Shown: positions 26,545 to 39,200 of the stretch, one piece after another
Layout: each line of letters opens with the position of its first letter
How positions within the stretch are numbered: position 1 is the first letter of the stretch
Source of the DNA: Asterias rubens
Lineage: Eukaryota
Assembly: GCF_902459465.1 (NCBI RefSeq)
Contig: NC_047074.1
Coordinates: forward strand, 14,012,001 to 14,076,000
Reading direction: 5' to 3'
DNA: 64,000 nucleotides
The notes under the pieces: model-generated
The model's database searches: none
Seen by the model: only the letters and a program-made list of their open reading frames with translations
What the model was told of the DNA's origin: nothing
Translations under genes and position numbers: made by a program

Positions 26545-29500
26545 TATTTATTATTATTATCAATGAGAACTTAGATCATCATCAATCATAGCAATCAATA
26601 TTTAAATTGATCTTACTGTTCTTCATCAGGAATCGAAAGAATATCAGAGATCACTAAAAGAAAAGGACAGAGAAATCAAGTTGATACAGTCAAGACCTGT
26701 AAGTACAATAATGGCAGGGAAAATAGAATTAGCTGTTGCAAACAACTTACCAACCAAATGGACCGAGAGTATAAATGCAAAAAATGGTTAATGGCCTGAC
26801 GTTTCGACCCTAGCAGAGTCTTTCTCGAAGGCTCTGCCAGGGTCGAAACGTCAGGCCATTAACCATTTTTTACAATAATGGCAATCATTTGTAGCCTTAG
26901 ACCCTCCTGTAATTTTTATTTTAAATGTGTAAAAAGAATCATTATAATTGTTAACTTTTCTTGTAATGCAGTACAAGAAAAGTTAACCAATTGTAAGAAC
27001 GTTTTAGTACATAATACAAACCACACTTGAAGTGCTCTAAAACTTGGTTCAAACTTTACTGGAACACGTGAATTGCAGAATAGTTGTTTAAAAAAACAAG
27101 ATTACAAAGGTTGAGCATAGAAGTTAAGGTAATCTGCTTGGCTGTAGTTCTCAAAATTTATTTTACTTTTGCTTAACTGCATAAAGTTGAACCAGCCTTT
27201 ACTCAACCAAAAGGACCAACCGAAGTGACCTTAGGTATAAATGCAAAAAATATGGTTGGTGGCCTAACGTTTCGACCCTAGCAAGGCTTCGCAAAAGGCT
27301 CTGCTGGGGTGGAAACGTCAGGCTTAGCTTTGCACTTGAAATACTAATAGAACACTCAATTGTGACAGTAGTTTCTTGGCCAATGAGTGGCTGCTATTTC
27401 TTCTCTAGATGTTACTCCCTCTGTGGACATGTAACCTTATGGAGATAATGATATGCCACACTGCACTTATGTAGTCACAAGTGGGATGATTGGAATACCT
27501 TAAAAACAACCTCTTGTATTTGATGTAGCCACCGCTAGTCGCCCCGCCAGTCGTCAAGCCAGCTTTGGTCAGCACACCAGTCACTACCAATGCTCACCCA
27601 GTCCTCGAAGCGCGGAGACTTGATTTACACTACGCACAGGTTTGCTGCCCTCTTGTGCCCACTTCCGGTCATCATCACTTGCATCAATTATCGTATATCA
27701 TCACCTCGGCTGTCACCATCATTGGGGGTTGACTTATAATGCGCAAAGATTGTCTAAATTGTGCTGTTTGTTTTTACCGATTTTTTTCAGGAATGGATCC
27801 CTATAATTTATATAATCATCATCTCGAATTAAAGTGACTGTACATTGTTGGTTACATGTACAATCCAACATCAATCTCGATAAACAATTTGCATGTTAGA
27901 TTCTTTCACTGAACTGATGTGCTTGATCACAAGTTACCGCTTCAATTTGAATTCCTCAGACTATAGACAGTTGTTATGTCACATGATTGGGGGCAAGCTT
28001 TTGCATAGTTAGGTTAGAGACAGCGAACAACCATACACAATTGTGAATGAATGTGTGTGGCACAATGGCACCAGGGTTTTGCTCATCTGGGGGCTGCTAT
28101 CACCGCACTCATAAAAAGCCTTAACAGTTTTACAATCATATTTCTTGAAACTAAAGGATTCCAAGAATGTACAGTCTCTTGAATCCTGACTACCATCATT
28201 TCCTCTGACCTTTGACCTTGCCTCCACAGTGCATTGTACCGCATCGCCCAACTACCCATTGGACCAGACAAACCTATCCTACCAGATTCATAAGGTTTGG
28301 GTGTTGACTTGCCAGAGTTTTGTGCCTGAAGATTTTTTGATGAATTTGGGAATGTTGCTTGAGTTTGAGACCATTAACCATGCATTGGATGTCAGATTTG
28401 TTAAACAAAAAATTCCAGATTCTTTTTAATGCAATTTGTGAATGGAGCTTGACAAGTTTGTTGAATATCTAACCCAAGTTTTAATAAATTGTTTAAATAT
28501 AATATGTAGTCTACAAACAAATAAGGTACTCAAGGCACATAATGGGTTATTTTTTCCCCCCTTTATGAGACCAATTGAAGTAGCACTTTATAAGGGTTTA
28601 CAAGGTGCTGCAGTGTATTTAGTAGCCACTACCAGAAAGACTGGGGTAAAACTCTTAGCGAGAAGTGTGAAGGGATTGTTTTACCTGCTATACACAACAC
28701 ACAGGACCTACAGCTTTACGTCCCATTTGAAGGGTGCAAAAAAGACACAAGTGTTAAGACCAAGACAAGAACCCACACTCTGCTGATCAGAAACACCAGA
28801 CTTGAGTCCAGTGCTCTTTTCTCTTAACCACTCAGCCACGACACGTCAGCCATTTCGAAACAGGTGGAGGGGAACTGCTAACAGTTTTTTATTATTTATC
28901 TTTAAACATTAAAGTTGTGAATTGTCTGTTCACCAGATCCATAAAAATACACTGGGGGAGTTCTGTTGGCTAATTCTACCAAAGATAATGCAAATTAATG
29001 TGGGACTTCAACATTTTCTCAAATATTTCCAGCAGTTTATTTTATTTTATACCATTCCCCTTCCTTCTTTCCTTCTGTCCTGTAGCGTTACGGCAGTAGG
29101 GGGCGACGCTGTGATTGCATTTGTCACGTCACACAGAGGCGCTTTTGTCTTTGTCTTCTGTAACCTAACTAGGACCTGTCCATTTCTTAAGAGACCCCTT
29201 GTATTACGCAAAACACTACAGGGAGGCTGAGCTCATGCGTGCATTTTTATGCACAAAGAATAGCTATCGTCCAATGCTTTGCCTCCTTTGACCCCAGTGA
29301 GGGCGCTATTTGGCGCTATTTGGCCCCCTTTTTGAGTGTGTGACATCACACGCAAGGGGTCTTCTTTCTCACCAAAGTGTTTTCCAATGGAGACTATTAC
29401 CTGTATAAACACTTGACAATCTATCTGATAGTCCGCTATTCAAATCCTGTTTCTATTTGGTATTTACGGTATATTTATGCTTGTTACTAACACATTACTT

Positions 29501-30188
29501 TTTTTTTGGAGCGTGCCAGAAATGAACTAGTCTGTACTTTCTCCAGTTAGGGAAACTTCTAAATATCTTGATTGCTTGTTTAGCATGTAATTGGTTTATG
29601 GAATGTGCATGTGCCTTGCACAGTTGTTACTTTTTGGGTCGATAAGATCATGGTGAATTTCTTTTTACAAAATTCCCAGATTGATGATGTCACAGTTTGT
29701 ATTCCACATTGTTGAAGGGTAATTTTTGTTTTTTTTATAATTGAAAAAAATAATAATATTTTTTTTTAAACATAAATTCTATCAAAAAAAATAATTGTTT
29801 GAAAAATGGTAATGGTAGTTTTCTTGTCACCCAGGGTTCACCAAAACCAAATATCATAAAATTATTTCATAACAGTGCCTAAGAGAACAAATAGTTTATG
29901 TAAATATCATTCATGCAACTTTTTAAATGAAAGCAAATGGCCTATTGCCCCTTGTGACCCGGCCCATAAACATGCACATCATATGAATTCAACATCATGC
30001 ACTTCGCAACCTACATATCTATCACACATTTCTCATTAAAGTGCAAAGAATTGGAACCCAATTAAACATGACAACTTTTGAGGTTTTCGAGACTTTTAAA
30101 CCCTCTCTATTTTACTGATAAATTGATCATATGGACACATTTCATTGTTTACTCATTTTTTTGCAAATGGCAACCCCCCCCCCCCCCC

Positions 30189-30223
<35 letters not shown>

Positions 30224-33200
30224 AGGTGACAATAGCACCCTCAGGAATCCTCTTTCCCATTCTGAAAACTATGTTGCCTCACGATATTTATTTTTTGTTT
30301 TACACCTATTTTTTTCTGAAGGGATTCAAACCAGTCGCTATCGACCGGTCAATGCTTGAAAGAGTTTTAATCGACCAATTCTTCTTATTTTTACAGAAAT
30401 CTCCAGCCAAACCTCCTCCGTCTCCTCCAGCCAAGAAACCCAAACCAGTTCTTCTCGCTGCTAAGTCTGTCAGTTCTACTGAAGCGGAAGATTCAGGTAT
30501 AAACCTTTGCAAAAAGATAACCTTTTCACAGCCCTTTTCACACTCCTCTATTCCCCCGGGTTGGCTCTTGGTAATAACGGCCGGCCTTTTCACACTGTGA
30601 ACGCTTTACCCCCTGTCTGCCCCTGCAAATGAGCATACCCTTGGGAAAAGCCACCCCCACTGCGGAGTAGGGGTAAGCGGTAAAACCCTGGGGTATTCTT
30701 GAAACCTTCAGTCAGAACCCTGTGGACTTGGGACCTAGGCAGTGACAGTGTGTAGGTGCGCTGGGGTAACCTTGGGGTAACCAAGTTTCAGGACAGGGCC
30801 TTCCCAAATACCGCAACAGTTTTTCCTGTTTTCTCAGCAAGTAGACACTGTATTCAGATGAAACTTTCACGTGTGACTTGTATCGTATCTTTCTTGCTAA
30901 AATTTTGCCTATAAATCAGCATCACGTTGGCAAAAACAATCTATGACCCTACTTTTTACCCAGTATAAATAAATAATAAATTAAATTAAATTCAAATAAA
31001 CAAAATAATATTCTTTCCCAGCATCAGAGATTATTGGTGATTCCGACGAGGAAGAAGGAGAGATATCAGTCCGATCTAATCCTCATGATCCTCTAGGTAC
31101 GATTCTATGGGATTAGTAGCACTGCTAATCCTTTCCGCTGACTGCACCTCTAAAGCACAGTTCATACTTCCTGTGCATGCAATACAAATTTGTATGTCAC
31201 AAATTCGCAAGGAATACTTTGCAGCAGTTGACTTGTGCTGAACTCCTGTGAAACATTCGCTGCGAAAACAGTCGTGTAACATCAACATTTGTACCCACAT
31301 TCACATTCACAGGATGTGTGAACTGGGCTTTACAAGCTTACCACTGCCTGCAGTTTATGTGATAAAAACTTTAAAATCATGCTCTCATTTTATAGCGTAT
31401 GAATAAGGGAATAATTATAATAAGGGAATAATTAGATGTGGTTTGCGATGGCACCATATGAAAATCTCTTTTGAGTAGAGTTGGTTCTGAAAAAACCTAG
31501 TGGTTGATGTTTCAATTAGTATGCTCTGCTCATCTTCAGGAGAGAGACAATCAGAGCTTACTGATCGAAACGTTGAGTTGTCAACCACTAGTTCTACTCG
31601 GAACCAACACTACTCAACGGAGATTTTCACATGGATTGGTGTTATCGGAAACCTCACCTTATTATACTTCCAGATCCACCATGCAATTTTTTAAAATTCC
31701 TACTTAATAAGGGAATAAAAGAGTTTGCGACGATGTCGTGAATGCAAATCTAAAATCTCCAGCGTCGCGGCCATGCAAGAATAGACATAGCCAAGTCTTT
31801 TATTGCATGGCCACAACCCTGCAAGGTTTTAAAACGGCCGTTTAAGACTGAGTCACAACTCTTTTATTCCCATTCATAAATACTTCACTGTTAAAAACAT
31901 CCAGCAAGCACCTTTAAAAGTTGAGAACAAATCTGACAGTTTTGCCTCAGCCACTCGTGCCTCTACTCTGCCAACACTCATTCAATATTTTTTCCCTCAC
32001 TTGTGACTACATAAATCATGCGACTCCAATATCTAATACAATTAACATTTTAGCTCTCGAGCGATGACAAACATAGCGTCATTCACTCTTCACAACGCCA
32101 CAGAAATTCACAAGATTTCCAGCCGCACATAGAAATCATTGGACACTCTTAATCAAAACCTGAATTATATATAGGTTGGCTGCGGGCGATATATAGGATT
32201 AAAGCTGTTTCATTGTATCATGCTTTGCTTGCCAATCGTCACCATTCATGAAATTCCTTTTGTGTGCCTTTAAATTTTCAAAAGTTTTGTTTTGAAAACA
32301 GAGGATTCAAAGTCATTCAACTGCACAGGTTGTGTTTAGTGGCAGTACATGTACTGTGCATACAACTTAACTACTAACTGTGTGTGTGTGATTACTGTGT
32401 GGATGCATTCACCACATGATATTATATTGCAGGCTGGCATAGTATTTCAAAACCACAGTGGATGATATTGAATGGTCAGATAGTAGGAGGGTTGACTGTG
32501 TACTGTGTGGATGCATTCACCACATGATATTATATTGCAGGCTTGCATAGTATTTCAAAACCACAGTGGATGATATTGAATGGTCAGATAGTAGGAGGGT
32601 TGACTGTGTACTGTGTGGATGCATTCACCACATGATATTATATTACAGGCTGGCATAGTATTTCAAAACCACAGTGGATGATATTGAATGGTCAGATAGT
32701 AGGAGGGTTGACTGTGTACTGTGTGGATGCATTCACCACATGATATTATATTGCAGGCTTGCATAGTATTTCAAAACCACAGTGGATGATATTGAATGGT
32801 CAGATAGTAGGAGGGTTGACTGTGTACTGTGTGGATGCATTCACCACATGATATTATATTGCAGGCTGGCATAGTATTTCAAAACCACAGTGGATGATAT
32901 TGAATGGTCAGATAGTAGGAGGGTTGACTGTGTACTGTGTACTGGTAGTTACATTCACAACATGCTATCATGTCACATGCTGACACCATTTATCTTTTAA
33001 CTAAAACGACATTGGATGATAATAAATGATAAAACAGTAGCAGGGTACATTACCACATGATAGCATAATGCATAACACATTAAAAGAGTTGTAATCAACA
33101 CATTTCCAGAGCTCATAGGGAATTGTGAAAATTTATCCTTGAAATTTTAAAATCAAAGCAATATACACGCCCGAAATTAACCATCGTTCCTTCCCATATA

Positions 33201-36200
33201 TATTTAATCCATCATTATATATTCCTTGTCCATTTTTCTCCTTGCATGGCATTCCTCATCTATTTCTTCACAGCATCTGACAATTCTGAGGTATTCTCAG
33301 AAGGAGAAGTTTCCTTCATAGACGACGATGATGACGATGATGATGATGATGTTTTTGGTATGGTACCCTTGACCTTTGACCTGTGAGGTGCTGAGTGGTG
33401 TGTTTAACCAGGGGTTGTGTGACGACATTTTGGCAGTAATTTGACAGTTTCAATCATCCACTATCTCTGCATTGATATCAGTGACCTTTGACACACACAG
33501 TGATAAACAGTTGGTTCCTTGTAAGACACTGAACAAAATTATACACTGCTCTAAAATTGATGACGGAGCCCAAGCTCGAGGTTTGTAAAAAAGGCCCTAA
33601 TGATTCAAAGTGAGGCTCGAGTCCAAAACAGACTGGTACTTTTCAAAATTATCAACTTTTCTATACAATGAATTTGTATCTGGAGTCTGGGATTTAGATT
33701 CATTGGTGTGATAAAGGTTTATTTTTATCATCTGAGCTAATAGTTTTCTTTCAATTCTTCCAAAGAGGAACCATTTTCATGAAGCGTACAATTTGTCCTC
33801 TAAGCAAAAATAGAGCTGGATACCAGTCAGAACATTATGAATTACTTGTTATTTTGGCTGGTAACCTGTTTCTGCTAAGCAAGATTTTTCTGCACTAAGC
33901 AAATTTGTGTAGCTTTATGATATTGGTGCTAAGGTATAATTTTCTCTCTTATCAGTGTCTCAAAGGTTTCTACGTTCAACCTGATGGTGGATTGAGTCTT
34001 CTTATTAACACAGTTTTTAAGGACTAGTTACTTTTTCCTCTTTCGTATCTATTTACCAGAGCCATCTTCTTGGTTTAACACTTCTTTCCTTAGCTCAGGA
34101 AACTGGATTTGTAGCTTACTCGTTTGCTGTTCTTCATACTGACACATCTTTCGATACTCACAAATCTTTGTTCAAGCTTTTGGTGTACAATATGTATTTA
34201 ATAATAATAATATAGAATAATTATAGAATCTTTAAACTATACGTGTAGGTTTCGTTGGAGCCTCAAGGCACCGCAGGCAAGCTTAAAGTAGAATAGATCC
34301 ATTACATACACTTTCAATTTCACATACGCCCAACAAGTGCTCAAGAGTTTTTAACAAGCACAATCACCTCTGACTAGCCAATCAGCGTTGATTGTGAGCA
34401 CAATCCTTCCAGGGGTTAGTGACGAGAGGTATTGATACGACACGCTGCACATTGTAGTGAGGCTGCTATGAGCCACACACTATCGGCTATTGAGAAGTTT
34501 TCATTTGACCTTGATGAGGGCGCTGTCATACGCAAGGGGCCTATACTAACACTAAAACCAATCATTTTAGGTAGAGTGTGTGTGTGAAGACTAAACAAAG
34601 TGATTAAACAAAAAATGTAGTAACCTTCTTACTTACCCTTAAAGACATGTAGATTTATTGTAAAGGTCTTATGTTTTGAAGCCTACCAGGGGCCGGTTTC
34701 ACAATGAGATCAGAGTTATCTTAGTTGTGTGTCAATCTCAATTGCTAGGCAAAGCATAATGCAAAGCACTGTGGTGATATTGGCAACTCTTCTTTAAGCC
34801 ATTGGACACTTTCGGTAAACAGTATTGTCCAAAGGCCCACACTTTGTGTATCACAACTGATGTACAAAATAACTATCTTTTGAAAATTTCGGCTCAATCG
34901 GTCATCGGAGTCGGGAGAAAATAACGGGGGGAAACCCACCCTTTTGTTTCCGCATGTTTCGCCGTGTCATAACATGTGTTTAAAATAAATCCGTAATTCT
35001 CGACAACGAGAATTGAAAAGCATTATGGATCATTGTAATCTACTTTAACAATATCTTTCTAGGTAGGGTAAAACCTAATGGGTCAAATATATTTAAATTG
35101 AAGTTGAACTAAAACTCTAAGTAATTAAAATAGAGGCATTTTGATTTTTCAAAATTTATTTGCTTAATGGATGTTTTGTATTACCTTTGAACCCAAATGC
35201 AAAGTAGAATTTCTCAAAAAAAATTGGTGGCCAATAATTTTTAGAAAAGGTTGTCTTGAATCGATTATGTCACTAGCCTCTTGCTGTCATTTATGTGAAG
35301 TATTTCAACCCAAGAAATGGCAATCTAAGTTTTCTAAGTCTTTTTTCTTTCTTTTTTCAACTGGATTTTTAAATCTTTAAACACAGATGAGGATGAGATG
35401 GCTAAAATGAAGGAAGGTCTGTCGTTAGCGCTGCAGAGAAACCTGGAAAAATGTGGAGTACCTGAGGTAATATATGGGTTTAAGGCATTGAATGGTATGG
35501 TATCAATGTATGTGTGTATTGCGATGTGTTTGTACTTATACTACGCCTGAGTTTGAAATCGCACAAAACAAGTACGCGACAAGATAAAATATTTTTGCAT
35601 CAAGCATTTTTGTGCAAGTAACGAAGTTTTTAAACCGACAAATAACTACATGTACATTGCTGTGTAGATTTGTTCCTAAAGAATTTGTCTTGAAATTCAG
35701 GAGACAACTTGGTTCTGGAAAGAACTGTCCTGCTTGTTAACTACACTACCTGGGGGAGGTAGGAAATTGACAATTGACATAAACAACTACTTTTGCAAAC
35801 GGACGCCAACCCTAAAAAATCTGAGAAATGACTTATGCATGAATCGTTTCTCATATTCAAATGTTTTTTGGGGTGAAAATGTTTCCAAACCATGTTACTT
35901 CAAAGGGAATCATTTCTCTGTATCTCCCCTACAGGGCATCAATGGCATCACAGCAAGGTCATTGGAGAACAAGGTGAAGCGACTGAAGGAAGAACGATCG
36001 GCCGTTGCCCTCAGGTTCAGAAAATTCCACGATATAAGGAAGTCTGTAAAGGAAGAAGTTGAAAGGAGATTTGTTCTGAGACTTAAAGGAAGGGGGACGT
36101 CTGTGAAGATGATAAAAGGCAGAGAACAACCTCTCAAGCGACCAAAATCAAGTCAGTCTCAAAAACTTACAAAACTTTTAGCTTTGTGAGAATACAAAAT

Positions 36201-39200
36201 AATACAAATATTGATGTGGTTTTCTGTCTAATGGGGTTCTTGGTTAGTTTAGTGATTAAGTTCACTTTTCGTAGAATCCTTCACAACCACAAATAATAAC
36301 AAATAAAGTGTAATGAAGCGAAATTTTTTATTTCAAAATGCAACCTAACAACTTGGATGGTAATGCTGCAGCCCAAATATTTACACTTCAGTTTAATTAT
36401 GATATCTCATATTTAGATTGAGGAGGATTCTGTGACCCATGTTGAAGTTGAAAATGCTTCAGATTTATGAAATTCTTAAAACAGTTACATTATAAAACTG
36501 ATTCCCTACCAAGGATTGTGCAATTTGACAGTTATACTAAAACATCCGCAAAATGAATAATACAAAAATATCTGAATTTTATTCACTTTTAAACTGTTTG
36601 TGTTCCTTACTAGCATCTCCTACGCCAAAGTCAACCCCGAAGCTTTCAAAACTCAAAGACAGCCATCCCATTCCCAAAGCACAGCCCCAACCAAAGACTA
36701 CAAGATCAACCCCTCACTCTTCTTCAGCCAAGACACCTGCTGTGAGCCACGCCCATCAATCATTTAAGGAAAGACCTCGAGTCTCAAGGCAGGAACCTCC
36801 ACCCATTGCACCAAGAAGTCCCGAGGTGCCGAAGTCATCTTCGCTCAAGTCTGGTACCAAGGTGCCGGGATCACCAGCAAGAGTGTAAGTGGAATATTTG
36901 CCTAGCTGGGGCAACAGGCTTTAAGGCCGAGCAGTCTTCTAGTGTGGGTTCGTTTCCAAGTCATGACACTTGTGCCCTTGAACAAGGCACTTAACCATAA
37001 TTGCTTCATAAAATGTTAGGAAGGCAGTGCACTCTGCTGTACCAGCGAGGCTCCTAGTGGATGATACCCATGCCTACATCCTTATGGACTGTGAAGGGGT
37101 GAAATGTAAAATTTGTCTTCGCAACCACTTCCAATCCATCAGAATGCAGGGATTGGTTTCACAAAGATAGTTCTAAATTAAGACTAGTCCTAGGAGTAAA
37201 TAGAAACTTAAGGCTAGTCCTGAGTTATGACAAATAACTTGTCCTATTCTCAAGATAAGACTAATCTAATAGACCCTGGACACTATTGGTAAATGTCAAA
37301 GACCAGTCTTCTCACTTGGTGTATCTCCACATATGCATAAAATAACAAACCTGTGAAAATTTGAGCTCAGTTATTGGTCGTCAAGTTGCGAGATAATAAT
37401 GAAAGAAAAAACACCTTGTCACATGAAGTTGTGTGCTTTCAGATGCTTGATTTCGAGACCTCAAATTCTAAACTCGAGGTCTCAAAATTAAAATTCCTTC
37501 TTTCTCAAAAACTACATCACTTCAGAGGGAGCCATTTCTCACAATGTTTTATACTATCAACAGCTCTCCAATGCTTATTACCAAGAGAGGTTTTGTGCTA
37601 ACAATTATTGTGAGTAATTACCAATAGTGTCCACTGCCTTTAACTCTTTGTGAATCCACCTCTCCTGCATGTAAACAATTCATGACATTGTATCTCTTTG
37701 ATTTGATTCAGATCATTCGATATGAACGGCCACAATAATTTTGACGACAGTGACGACGACGACGATGACATTGATGATTCCGTAGAAGAGTCCGATGAAG
37801 ACATCTCCGAAGATGAAGAAGAGGAGAGTGACATCACCATGGATGAGGAGCATCTCAAGAAACGTGAACCTGGACCTGCTAGCCAGCTTGCCCAGAGAGG
37901 GAATGCAGAGGGGATGGATGACGATAGTGATTGGGACTCGGAGGATATTAGTGAACTGGACGAGGTGAGCCAGGATAAAGGAAGAGCTAGCCAACAGCAA
38001 CAGCAGCAACATCAACAGCGGCAGCAACAGCCGCAGGGAAGACAGGGTAGACCGGTAACGTCAGGAAGGCCCAAGGTAAAAGAATGCTCCATTATTTATT
38101 TTTGGTTTTTACCCACACATCAATGTGTGTTAGCACTGTATACTCGGCACTTTCCCCAGTCCTGGGAAAAAAATATCACAGGCCACGACCCTTGCAATTC
38201 TAATTGTTGGTTCTGAAAAGAACCGGTGGTTAACGACTCAACGTTTCGATCAGTATGCTCTGATCTACCGCAGGAGTAATAATTTTGAAAACAATTTTCT
38301 GTGGGACACCTCCCAACTCATAAGGCCTGACGGCTACTTCAAGGTGAAGGCTACACCAAACTGATTTGGGCTATCAACCCAAATCAACCGTCACCAAGGG
38401 CACATTGCCACCTACTGGGGCTGAAACGGGGTTACCCTCTTTCACAGTCTGTAAGGATGTAGGCATGGGTAGCATCCACTAGAAGCCACCTACTCCTAGG
38501 GCTGAAACGGGGTTACCCTCTTCACAGTCTGTAAGGATGTAGGCATGGGTAGCATCCACTAGGAGACTGGCTGGTAGAGCAGAAGCACTATCTTCCCATT
38601 TTTTACGATGCAAAGTTTGCTCTTCTGAGAGTCCTTGGCTTCACAACCTAAATAAATAAAATAAAATGAGTAGGGTTTTGTAATAAATTATTTCTTTCTG
38701 ATCCTGTTTTGATTGACAGAGTCCAGCTATTGCCAGAATGGCTGAGAGTATAGAGCGGCAGCTGTCCACCAGACGCTCGGACCATAAACCAGTAGGAGGA
38801 GTTGACCTTGGCGGTACTGGTCAGTCCGATAATCTCAGACCAGACTCAAGAGACGATGGACGGTCACCGTCACCAAGGATACCGGTAAACTTGTTCAAAC
38901 CAGATTTTTATTTCTTACAGGGTTTTGGTACTTTTTTAATCGGTACAAAGATTGTAGGGAGACTACCAACTTGGATCTCAAACGTTACGGCTAGATAGCT
39001 CTTGCTTTGATAAGGTGTTCTCTTTTGTTTATTCAAGACATTACCAGATGCAAGTGATGAAGATGATGATGATGAGAGTCTAGCCATCTCATCTCTAGAT
39101 GGAAGCAATTATTCAGTGCCTCGCTCTAAATCTGCCTCTTTACCTGTGCCAGCGTAAGTCTTATTCTAGTTAAAAGTGATGTTGCTGTTGTTTGTAAGTT

